Positions 16,471 to 28,400 of a DNA stretch of 51,937 nucleotides are shown here, one piece after another; position 1 is the stretch's first letter; every line of letters starts with the position of its first letter. Below the pieces are notes generated by a model that did no database searches, had not been told where the DNA came from, and saw only the letters and a program-made list of their open reading frames with translations. This DNA comes from Catajapyx aquilonaris (Eukaryota). The DNA lies in the NCBI GenBank assembly GCA_000934665.2, contig JYFJ02002736.1, forward strand, positions 1-51,937. The letters run 5' to 3'. The translations under genes were made by a program, and so were the position numbers.

Positions 16471-18488
16471 TCTGTAGATTTGTCACAGGTCACACTCCCA
16501 GGCAACCGCCCATAAATGCACTCATCCAGGTGAACATACATTATGTTGCATTGCTGCCTCTGGTTACAAGCAGATAAATTGCAGTTAGGATTGTTCGCTT
16601 AAAAAAAAAAAGCGTTAGAGTAATTTATACAAGTGTATGTTGTGTTTTTTTTTGTCACCGTCACCAAATGCCGATTCCAAGATGAAATGCTCACTGAGGC
16701 TGCTGCTTTAATTTTTTAACTTAAAAATGGTCCACCTAATCAGTACGCCTGATTAGACATACAGTAACGCATCGTTGCCTGCAGGTCGGGGAGTTTGGAC
16801 CCAGTATTTCTGTTACCTGTGTGGCTGCATGGTTATGGCAGCCACGAAACATGTCTTGAGGTCTTCTGTAAATAGGCGACTTGTGGAGTACAAAAGTGCA
16901 GCTTGATCTTGTACGAAGGAGAATGAGTTAACTGTACACCGCAAAAAAAAAATAAGGTGAAATTTTTGAGTTACCTTTTTTTTTCTCGTGTAGATAGATA
17001 ACGTTGATGTGAGTATTGAAGTTCAGGTTACTTTTGCAAGTGATGAGAGCATAGTATTTGAAACTTTGTCCCGGTTTTTATTTTTTAGTCTACAGAAGGC
17101 GTTAATGGCGACCGCCCAAGATTGAGCCTAATGTTTCAGAATTTAGCTCACGTTCGCATCAATGGAAATTTCACCAATACTCGCCTGTGAAGCTCGGAAT
17201 TTTTGCAATGGCGTATGTAACTCACTGTCAGATTTGCAGGTGAGGCGACAGGAGCTAGTGGAAATGAAATGTGGGCTTTTTACTGTTAACGGATGAGAGC
17301 TTAATTCTGAAATGCACAATATGACTGTTGAAGTCCATGTGGTTCAAGAGTTGCCGTGTAGCAATGGCAACCTAGTGAAAGTTCCTTCATTCAAGTATGT
17401 TTTGAACAAGGCTGTTAAACACTCGAGGCTGTGTGTATGATCTGAGATGGACCTGCAAGTGAGAAAATTGGGCACCCATAATAGAATCCACTATTGCTTT
17501 TCTAAGTACCGCACTAGTGTGTGTAAGCCCACCGCACCTTGCCGTAAACGTGTCCATCTGAAAGATCCCATCTGAGCCCTATGAGTTCAAGGGTATCTCA
17601 GGTCACGTGCTTGTATGAAACACTTCCAATTTCAGAGCATAGAACAAGATTTTCAAAAAAGGCCGACAAATTAACTGTAGTGTTTCTGTCGCTGGTTTCC
17701 CTTCCCTCGGTGCCTGCCATGACCAGTGGGCCTTCAGGGTTGTCACTTTTTATTGTCTAACAAAACAACACAAGACTGGAGGTATTGTTAGGACCTTGTT
17801 TTTTTTTATTTCATAGTTTTTTTTTTGGGAGGAAGGGAATTTGGGGCTATTAGGATAACAAACTTAGTGTCCTGTTTTGTTTCTGCTGTAAAAACAATGC
17901 TTTTTGAGGTGCAATTTGTTGACATGGAGCATAATGGGAGAGATATTAACAATGTTGAATGACCCCTTTTTTTTATACAAAAAAAATAAAATGTTCAAAA
18001 TAAAGAAGTGCAATATAAAGGGAAGAATTTTATTCATACAGATTCTGCTCGTAAAGATTACTTACTCCACAACATGTGATGATGGTATCAGCACAACACA
18101 AATAAATTTTACAAAGTAATTAAAATTATTTGAACACTTCAAAATTTGCGACGAATGTACAACATGGTTAAATTTGTATCCCGTCCCTAAAATCCTGATA
18201 GAAAACTAATCCTAACACTTCAATTTATTGTTTCACAATGCCTCACATAAACACGAAATGCATTTCTCTTCCCCTTACCCCACCCATCTAAAATCAATCA
18301 ATCTCTTTTTTAACACAGCCATGGTTCAGCCTACTGCAATATTTACCATCCCACTTTTTTTTCTTTTCTGACACCGTATGAGTGTTTTGGAAAATAAATT
18401 AAGTGCAGACCATGGTAAAGGCTGCCAATTTTGGAATAAGTTAAGAGTCTGATCTCAGTGCGGATGGGTCCGTGCACAGAGATCGAGA

Positions 18489-20001
18489 CTAACACTGCGA
18501 GTTCTCGTTGCCCGTTCCATTTACAGCCCCACCCACAGCCCCTTCTTCCTCTTCGTCCTCCTCCTCTTCTAGTTCTTCATCGTCCATCTCTTCTTCACCC
18601 TCGCCATTCTCATCCGTGACCAACGGGCTTTCGTCCGTGCTTGAGCCACCTTCCCCTCCTTCGCCCGCTTCTCGATGGTTTGCCTGCTCAGTCCCTCTTG
18701 CTGCTGCTCCTCTGATCGGAGCCCCCTTCTCCCTGCATGTGTTGTATGAGCCGCAAAGGCTGCATTTCAGACCAACCACATGGTACTCTGTCAAGGTCAC
18801 CTGAAAAAGAGCCAAACGTCATGACTACATTTTTGATACATCGTATGCAAGCTGATGAAACTATCTCAATCAGCTGAGTGCATTAGTGGCTTCGTACGGA
18901 AAACATGTCTGCAATAATTTTTCTCTTAAGCTGTCCTTGTGCCAGTGCATTTTGAGTTCAATTCCGCCCACCTTTCCCCCGCCATCAAGGATGCCTATAA
19001 AAAGCCGCATTCATCATATATACACACGAAAACCTGGCACTGATTTTGGACGGAAAACGCTCAAGGCCACATCCAACCACATTTTCTTTTACCTGATGGC
19101 AGTCCCTACAAAGGATGTTGACGGAGTAGTTCTGGTACTCTGTTGGCATTGGCGTCATCTGGATCTCATCATCCAGCAGTGTCCACAGCTGTAAGAAACA
19201 ACGAATATCGTTTGAACAGTCCAAGACTCGGTGTAACGAAACATACCTTTGCCATATCGAACATAGAGACCTGGCATGTGGGACAAGCGTAATGTCCTGC
19301 CTTGAGAAGATCCTCAAAGCAATTCCGGTGAATAAGATGTCCGCATGGTGGAATGTGTGAGGGTATACGGGACGTATGGATGTCCTCCAGGCACACAGTG
19401 CAATTAGACCGAGACACTTTCTCAATACACTGGAACATAAAACGTGACACACTTAACACCAATTCTACTTGTAATATTTTCTGAGTGATCAGTCACTTTG
19501 TACTGTCGTGTACGACTGATTTCACGAACATACCTTGTGCTTATTTTGGAGCTTCAGAGGGAGGCACATATCGCACTTCTCGCAATGGAAGAACTTCTCC
19601 CTGCCTCCGATGCGGCATATCCCGCACCCATCGCAATGGAACTGCTGTTTGTCCTCGTCGTCAAACAGCTTACAAGAGGCGCAGAAGTACTCCCCAAAGA
19701 CGGTTCCGCACTTCTCACAATCCCTCCGTACCTCCTGGCGAGCCTCACACTTCAGGCAGATGACCTCCTGCACATCCCGACGGTTCAAAGTGTGGTCCTC
19801 GCGTTCATCATGGCAAAATCGACATGTGTAAACGGCTCCACAGCATGGCGACTACGGAACAAAAATTGTTTAAGATCTTCTAAACAACAATTATTGACTA
19901 AAATTACTCACAATGAGTTTGCATTTCCTTTTGTAATGAGTGCAACCCATTGGCACCTCCTTTTCCTCCTCCTCCGTGCTGATCAAAGGCTCCTCTTCCA
20001 T
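18489..20001 (-). CDS. RCHY1: RING finger and CHY zinc finger E3 ligase (Pirh2), about 332 aa, with an acidic C-terminal tail
   Basis: Exons 20001-19912, 19851-19534, 19429-19247, 19188-19093, 18800-18489. CHY (GCTHYKRKC..SPCC..CRFCHD), CTCHY, RING-H2 (CTVCLED..CGHLIHRNC..CPTC) and zinc ribbon (CRDC..HVVGLKC..CGSYNT). Confidence 0.95.
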
Positions 20002-20315
20002 GTCCAGCTGCCAGACGACTGAAGCAATTCTTCCTTGGCAACCTTCCCTTGCAATGTTTCTCTTTTCAAAAGGTTCTTTTGACACCCCCAGTGGCCCCCC
20101 CCTGCTCCTGGCACAAGTTCTCTCCTTTTGTTGAGCTGGTTTTGTCACCAAAGAGAGGCCACCATTTTGAAGGACTTACTGTGTGTGCCAATTTCATATT
20201 TATATAAAAATGTAACCGCCCTGATTAGGGCGTCATTTTTATTTAATTTTAATTTAAAAAGGATGGGTGAGGGTGGAAATTTCGTTAAATTTTTTTTTTG
20301 AAGCGGATTTGGGTG

Positions 20316-20357
20316 TGACGTCATGTGACGTCAGAGATTGGATTTAAAGATGGCGGC
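20316..20357. promoter_or_regulatory. Bidirectional promoter core between RCHY1 and the ISY1-like gene: tandem CRE plus YY1-type motif
   Basis: TGACGTCA at 20316-20323 and 20326-20333; AAGATGGCGGC at 20347-20357. Confidence 0.65.
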
Positions 20358-20449
20358 GCTCTCGCCGTGTTCTATTCGAATGATTGGAATTTGCGATTAT
20401 TTTTTTTGAAGGATTTGCGGATTTTTGAAGGATTTGCGAGCTTTACAAG

Positions 20450-21455
20450 ATGGCTCGAAATGAGGAGAAGCAACTAGGGAGGCTGAACAGGCTGTGGCTC
20501 CAGAAAGAACGGGACGGTAATGATAATTATAGCCATTGACATTTAAAAAGCAACATATGTTATGCTGAAGAATAATTGGAAGCTTAATTAAAGCTGACTT
20601 TAAAAAGCAACATTCAACTTAATGAGCTGTGGAATAATAATTGGAAGCTTAATTTTTCCCAGCTTACAATGCGAAGAATCCGAAGCGACCTCGTTTGTCT
20701 GATTTGAACACAGCGGATGAAATAAGCCAGTGGCTGCCTAGTATCAAGGATGAGATTGACTTTTATTTGAAGGTAAAATGCATGTGCAATCTGTAGAATG
20801 CGGTATCGCTCTCTTCAAATTTCAGTGTTTGACGGTACGTTATTCATTGCAGCAAACTGAATGTCCGGTGTATTCGGATCGCAAAATTAAGGAGGTGCAA
20901 TCTAAGATAAGTACGCTCGAGAGGCAGTATCATGCGTTTGCTAGGAAGCTGAGGAAAGTGGACAGCACTGTTAAAGTAACTCCATGGACACCGAGGCCGT
21001 ATGGTAAAACATGGACTCCAGGTATGTTATTGCGTAAGATCTGGACGATCTACAAGACATCTAAGTACCTTCTGTTTTCAGAGTCATCCAATCTTCCTGA
21101 TCTGAATGCAGGTTCTGCTGCATGCTTGTTTGAGAGGCTGCCAACACCTATCCTTGACTGCCATCCTCCTGCTGACTTTACAAGTTTGGTTCAGGTGGAT
21201 CATCCTTTGCAGGACGAACCACTTGAATTTGAGGTTCCGTCACCCAAGGAGGCAGAAGTCGTTGACGATGAAAGCAAGAGTGAGGAATCCACTGCCGCTG
21301 AGACTGAAAAAGCTGAAGTCGACCGACTCGGTGCAATACGAGACAGTCGGGAAGCTAAACTTCAGAGAGCACAGTTAGAAAGGATATTTGGAGTGGGTGA
21401 CGGTCATGGTGGGAATATACTGGGTATTGACTACAGTTCTTCGGACGAGGATTAA
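20450..21455 (+). CDS. ISY1-family-like protein (divergent paralog of splicing factor ISY1)
   Basis: Exons 20450-20516, 20663-20772, 20853-21021 (or 21003), 21082-21455. N-terminus MARNEEKQLGRLNRLWLQKE..KRP..W...I..EI parallels ISY1 MARNAEKA..RRP..W...I..EI; C-terminus LGIDYSSSDED. Confidence 0.75.
20538..20653. repeat. Imperfect tandem duplication in intron 1 of the ISY1-like gene
   Basis: Two copies of ttaaaaagcaacat...aataattggaagcttaatt. Confidence 0.75.
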
Positions 21456-22984
21456 AGCACTGGTACAAAAGTGCAAGGAAATTAAATGGACTTTATCAGT
21501 GCGGTCATCAAGGTATGTGAGCTAGACAATGTACCATATTTGACGGCATGTATCATTTCGGCAGATCATATTCAGGGGAAAAAAAGCCTCTATTGTATTT
21601 TCGCATATAAGCTATCCTGCAAGCGATTTTTGGAGAAAAAGTGTTACATGCCATCAAATACAGTAAATATCATTTAATGAAAAATGTGTAATGCATTTAT
21701 TTGGTGTAACATTGTGAAGGCCAAAAAATAGCAGTGAATAGATTATCAAGATATTTAAATATTGTTTCCTGCGATGGAGTAGTTCGTCTGAAAAGTAGAA
21801 CTATAGCAAGAGAATAAAAATATGAAAGGTACAATCCCTCTATCCACTTTAATAACCAGTTTCATATATATATTTTTTTGCAAGTGCAGTTACAATTTGA
21901 TATCTGTACACAAGTTTCAGTCCAAAATGAAACAGAAAAAGAATGTAATAATTGCAACAGGGCTCTCTTTACACATTACGTCATTACACCGGAAGGAATA
22001 AGTTTCTTTCGGGAACGCTGCTGCAACAATTGATTTCTCTTCCCCACGTTTTACGCTTCTCCTCACACATGTACAGTCTCCATAAAGAAATGCCACTCAC
22101 AAACAAGCGGAATGTATGAGAAAAGACTTTGAAATTGTTTTTTTTTTAAATACCTTGGATATCGAATGATATCGATATGTACAAATTGGCCAGGAGTGTC
22201 AAGGTGTTTTAAGTAACAGGGTATGCAATTTGAATATTCCTGTTGTTGTGCAGTGCAAACTCGATTTACATTACATTTTGGAGATGGTGTATGTTCATGC
22301 ACTTTATACAAGTGAAATATTGCGTTCTGGTATTTTCTTGAAACATTTCTCTCAGATTCTTTTGAGCTCGATTTTGAAATGCAAAAAAAAAGAAATCTTT
22401 GAGCAAAAATTGATAGCGATAACATATTTTTACATTGTTAATAATTTCAGCATAAATCTTCCCTGTCATATGCATTAATCTAATAATATATTTTTCTCCC
22501 CCCTGCATGATTGAAGTTTTGCACTCTTGACAAAATGTGGACGTTTTTGCGCAAAATAGAAAAATTGATAAAAGCGAAATGTATTCAGTCTATGCTAGAA
22601 GGAGAGTCTTTGGTTACATCTGAAACATCTTGAGACAAAAGAGGGATAGGAAAAAAACAACCAAGAACTCATTTGCATATTTAGTCTCCCAGAGATGGAA
22701 AAAAAAAACTCAATTAAAACTCCAAAACCGGGTTGGGGGGGAAAGGTTCTGCATCTTATAATAATCATTATTTTTCTTTTCCTCAAAAAACGGTGGGGTA
22801 TATCTATCCTATATACAAAAGACGAATCTGGCACGATGTATTATTATTTTTTAAACTGATGTACAACACCCGACACGTGAAAATTGCCCGGCGATAATTT
22901 TTTTTTCTCTCTCTCTTTCAAATTCCATCCACCAGACCATTTTACAACTTATTATCATGCTCTCAAACTTGTAACAAATTGGTG

Positions 22985-24834
22985 TTATTTATCACCATCC
23001 TCCTGTGGGATGGAGTTTGTTTGCGATTTTGGGGAGTCTGCCCCCCCATCCATTTCACCCACCCCACCATCCACGTCCTCGTCCCCTTCCCCCCTCATTT
23101 CATTGGATGGCGGGTACGCTGGCTGCTCCTGTTGCAGTGGAGACGACTGCTGCGCTGCTGGATGGGATGAATGCTGGTACTGCATTTGCTGCTGCTGGTG
23201 TAGGACTTGCTGGATGGGCTTCCGGGTCCTCTCACCTTTGCGCCACAAGGTGATCTCCTGGAGAAGCCAAAGTATTAATACCATGCAACTCTGGATTTCT
23301 GTACAAATGAAGGCGGTGTTCTAAGTAAATGTGGCACGAACCTGCTGCTTGAAATACCTCCGGTCCTCCTCATCGACGAGCACGAGATTGAGGTAGTACC
23401 TGACTGAGAACTTCTTGTTGATGTCCCGCATGCTTGGTGTGAGGTCGTATCCTGCCAAGAAGACCCGGATGGGAATGCTCTCTCCTCTGACTGGTGCACC
23501 ATCCATTATCTCGTACTTGGCTATAGTCTCATTCTCATTGAATATGTTGGGTCCAGAGCCGGTCGTCTCCCGTTTTATTATGGCTATCTCCATGTGTTTT
23601 ATCTTGATACGGACCAACAGAAAATAGATCTTGCCCACTATCACATCTTTCAAGTGGTATCTAGCGGAAGGAATGAACACAGTGTGTGATAAAGTCATTC
23701 TAAGCATTAGATGATTAGAAGAACAGTACTGACTTGGACTTGTTGTACTCAAACTCTATGTGCAAACAGTCTTCAATTCCAACCTCCATCTTGATGCTGT
23801 TATTCATTTCTGGGTATGATGAAAGAGTATGGACTATTATGTCCATTTCTTTCACCACATCAGACAGCCGCCGGACGATTGTTACCCGAAGAAAGTACCT
23901 GCAGCATAACAGTCAAATGTACCTTCACGTTTGGAGTACGGCAGATATTATGACCAATAAATCACAAAACACTAGTTGAACTAATCTCAAACAGCCAATA
24001 ATTCTATAGTTATCAGTCATATTTCACGACATATTTCATTTTAAAATACATGGAGACGCTACATACCGTAACCTGACATTGGTTCCTGTGTATGACTCGT
24101 AAGGTTTCTCTACGTTGATAAACTCAAACCCATAGCTGGAATTTTGTAAGAGGTCACCAGGTCGAGCCAGCTCCTTGACCAGAGATGTGAACTCGTAATG
24201 ATTACCTCGGTCATAATAGAGTTCGATCTGGCCGATGAACTCTATCTTGATTCCTTGATGCTCAAGCTTGGAGCCAGACTTCTTCAACGTTATATTCACC
24301 TGCGGAAAGACGTTTATTTAAGCGATCTTAACACATGTTCATGACCCTGCAGTTGTTTCTTAAATCTAACCTTTCCAGACACCGTTTCGCCATCGTAATA
24401 GAGGAAATGCCGCTCCTTCTTCCCATCCTCCCCTTTGATCTCAGCCATTTTCCTAACGTCAGCGCCATCGAGTACAATGTCGATCTCCGCACTCTGACCA
24501 AAACCGAAAAAACTCTGCAAGAAAACATTACAGTAGTTATTACATGAATTGCTGCCATTACTAGCTTTAACAGTGCATTATTTTTCAGTTACTTGTAGTA
24601 GCATTACGGCATATAGCGGAGTTGCTCAATTTCACTTTAAAAATGTTGCTGAATCAATTCGTTAACATGCCGAGGGTGGTTCATGATTATTTACTGAACC
24701 GGCCGGATTGCAACATTCTGATCCTTCGCGAATCACATGCCTAGTTTAATCCGGGGGAGGTCACCTGACTCCAGGTCAAGGCTGACCCCCCATCTAAGCA
24801 ACGAGAGGTTGTCATATATACACACACTCACCAT
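22985..24834 (-). CDS. VPS26: Vacuolar protein sorting-associated protein 26 (retromer subunit), about 378 aa
   Basis: Exons 24834-24832 (ATG only, then GTGAGT), 24514-24371, 24299-24067, 23898-23734, 23660-23342, 23257-22985 (1137 nt). Hallmarks [69 protein letters not shown]. Confidence 0.97.
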
Positions 24835-25366
24835 CCTGACCGACCGACCCTCTCCCAAACAGAGGTTGTCCCTCTCTCAGATGTCTCTCCTTCTCCCCCT
24901 ATATGACCTCTGACCCGATAAGCGAAACCGGTGACCCTTCCCTCTTTTCCCGACGACCGGAGAGTGGAGCCCACTCCCCCCAAAAATCCCCACTTTGCGA
25001 TTTGCAATATGGCAGTCAGGCGGATAGTCTCCAACCCATCTGGATCATTCCTCTCACCGGAACCTCCCAAATTAGCACCCCTGAAATTAGCATGTCCCGA
25101 ATTTTAATTTTTAAAAAATCTCGATTTAATTACGCCCTAATTAACCGCATTGTTGATTATCAACTGGGGGGGGCTTGAAATAGCGTCGCTGCTTTTTACT
25201 GTTTATAGCGGTTGGAATAAGCTGCTATGCGATGCTGTGTTCGAATCGGCTCGAATATTAATTATTGCGTGATATTAATTATGAAATTAATTTTGTTGCT
25301 GTGAGGGTACGATGGTGGGGGTTAATTTACGGTTTAGGGAGAGAAGTGGTTCCAAATATTTGGTTG

Positions 25367-25391
25367 TGTGACGTCAGAGGCTAATGGCGGC
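25367..25391. promoter_or_regulatory. CRE plus YY1-like motif in the VPS26/ORC1 divergent promoter
   Basis: TGACGTCA 25369-25376, ATGGCGGC 25384-25391. Confidence 0.5.
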
Positions 25392-25496
25392 AAACTGACA
25401 GTGGTTCTCGTGGTTCCTTTGTTGTGTGTGTTTTTTGGGGGGTGTTTCTTTATTAATTTTTTTGGGGGGTGTCCAGCCGGTCGAAGCAAGGTCAAG

Positions 25497-28400
25497 ATGA
25501 AGATCAAGTGGCTGGGGGAAGCGGATTCGGAACCAGAGGGGTTCAAAGGGCGATATGAAGTGAAGCAGATGTATAGGTAAATGCATGTGATGATATTAAT
25601 CCGGCATAAGCCTCTTTTTTTTAAAAAATATGAAAATTGCAGTGGATTTCAGTATGGAAAGCTGGAAGTACAACGGGGGGATCATGTGCTTATCAGAAAC
25701 TGCGACACTGCTGATGAGGACTCGTATGATACCGGAGATGTGGCCAGGATCGTCTGTTTGTATGAAACAGGTATGCATATATGGAAAGAATGCAGTCCAT
25801 TGCGATTACATATGTACTTTTTTTTTGTTGCAGACCAGTTGACTGTGAATGAGAGCGATTGCTTCCGTGCAACTGTGGAGTGGTACACGCGACCTAAGCA
25901 GATCCCAAAAAGTGCCAAGTTTACTAATAATGACAAGTTCAACCATGACAAGTTCCATCCGACAAGGGAGGTTTTGTTGGAGGGACGCAAGTTTGACAGT
26001 GATATTGATGTAGAGAGCATCTTCGCCAAGTGCCAGGTATGATTACGATATTATGGATTTGATACCAACATTTTATTTTATCATCATCAACAACAACATC
26101 ACGACATTTCCCTATGAGGGGTAGTCAGCAATGAGACGCCATTTTATTTTATGATTTGTTTATTTGCAGTTGGTGAAAGCCAAACCTGAGGATGACCCTG
26201 AGGAACTAATAACTCGTCACAGCAATGGTCTGCCTGTGTTTGTGTCCCGCTTTTGCCTGCAGCAGGCTGGTGGCAGGCTGACACTCTGCAGCTTGGAAGA
26301 GGGGGCCAACCGAGCTTGTAAGAAGGGCCAGGGAGCCAGGCGGTCCCTTGGGGGTCAGCTTCAAGGTCGGCGGGAACATGAAGCCACACCGAGTCCAATG
26401 AAGAAGAGCGTGGAGGTCATGTCACCGGAACTACCACGACTTGGTTTGTTTTTGCCAAAATTTGTTGCTTTCAAATAACTAATTGGGGCTGCAATTGAAT
26501 CAGGTCCTGTAGTGAAGTACAAAATGAGAGGCATTGGAATGTCGCCATTGAAGACACCTACTAAGACTCCACCGAAATCTGCCTCAAAAAGAAAGCGCGA
26601 CGTTGAAGACAGTTCTGCAAGGAAGCGATCGAAATTGTCAGAAGCAGTGGTGTCTCGCAAAGTGGTCACTGACGAGGACTACACGCAAGTGGAAGCTGTG
26701 ACCAAGTAAGACTTAGCGAAATTATATACAATGTCAGTGTACACTTATAGTTGCTCTGGTTAGCCCTCTTGTTCCAATAAAACATCTTTTACAAATTTCA
26801 CACATGCAAAACTTCGTTACTGCAGTGTTTTGAGGATTAATGCAACTAATTACTCTCAAGGCTTTAGTAATGGAATACTTTTGGTGACAGGTCAATGAGA
26901 AAAGTTCGTTTCATCTGCTATCGTGAGAACCGCAAACCTGCAGCAGCAGATCTTAAGGCGACGAGCAGGTCTGTCAAAGTGGGTGACGACGACATTTTAA
27001 ACCTGCTGAATGATGATGATGTGGGGCCTGTGGACACTCCAAGTCCAAAGAAGTCCTCTAAAAGAATAGCTCAGCTGGCATCTCCAGCTGATTCTCCAGT
27101 GACTAAAAGGGCATACAGATCTCCAAAGGTTGTGACACCTTCCAAGTCTCCAAAGTCTGGGACATCATCTCAGTCTCCGAATATTGTGACACCAAGGAAA
27201 AGAGGGAACGCTTCTACCCCGTCTCAGGCCAAGCGACAGCTGCTCTTAGATGACTATAATAGTGGTGATGAAGACTGGAGTGCTCCAAATCGGAAGAAGA
27301 AGAAGAAGCTTCCTGTGAGTTAATAATTGAATCAATTCCATTTGTCATTCGAAGTGTAGAGGTAGTGCGACTGATACCCTATTACCACATGCACTGTATA
27401 TCCTGGATTAAATGACTAGTATGGGTGGAATTTCCACCTTTTTGGTTAGCAGTGACTAATCAGTACTGCTACAGTGTGTTAGTGTGCTAGGAAGAGTTTT
27501 GGGAACCTCAGGAACCTCTTAGCAGTGGCTTAGAAGTAGCTAGAAATATGTTAGCAGAAGGATGCAAATTCCAAGCTATATATTTTCAGGCACCTCGGAC
27601 TCCGACAAGTCGTACTCCAGCTGGCACACCAACTCGCAACACTACTCGGACTCCGTCTAGCACTCGTACTCCATCTACTCCCCTTCCTTCTCGCCAAACT
27701 CCTCTAGCTGCTCCCCATACCCCCCTGGAAGCTGCCTCCCACTTTCTCCAGGTGTCCTTGGTGCCTCCATCTCTCCCTTGCCGAGAGCAAGAGTTTTCTG
27801 ACATCTTCAATTTTGTGAGCAGCAAACTGTGCTCAGGGACTGGCGGCTGCATGTATATCAGTGGTGTACCTGGTACCGGAAAGACTGCTACAGTGAAAGA
27901 AGTGGTGGCACAGCTGCAAGAGGCGGAGGGAGAGGACGGATTGCCTAACTTCCAATTTGTGGAGCTGAATGGAATGAGGCTGACTGCCCCGCAGCAGGCC
28001 TTTGTGGAATTGTGGAAGGCCATTTCCGGGCAGAAGGCCACTGCTGATCAGGCTCAGGGGTTGCTTGAGAAGAGGTTTCGGAATGGAGGAGGTGGAAGAA
28101 AAAACAGCATACTGCTACTTGTTGATGAGGTGAGTGGACCATGATCTGAAAGTCAGGATAAAAATCCTAAATTCTTCAATTAACCTCCTATGTTTAATTC
28201 TTCGTCTAAGACACTAATTTGTAACATCCCGCTGATTTATTGCCTTCTTCCACAGCCTGCACTGTCCTTCCTTGCCTATCTTTTGTTGCTTGTGCTAATA
28301 GATCTTGTGGAGCTTTCATCGCAAATCGGTGAACACCTTGTCTCGGCACTGATTTTTAATCCAGGTTTAACGAAGACTTTTTGCGGCTTCGCTGGGTGTT

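Noticed and set aside
19485..20022. Plus-strand ORFs up to 174 aa
   Set aside because: Antisense shadows of RCHY1 exons
22170..22177. DRE motif TATCGATA
   Set aside because: Lies between convergent 3' ends, not near any predicted start
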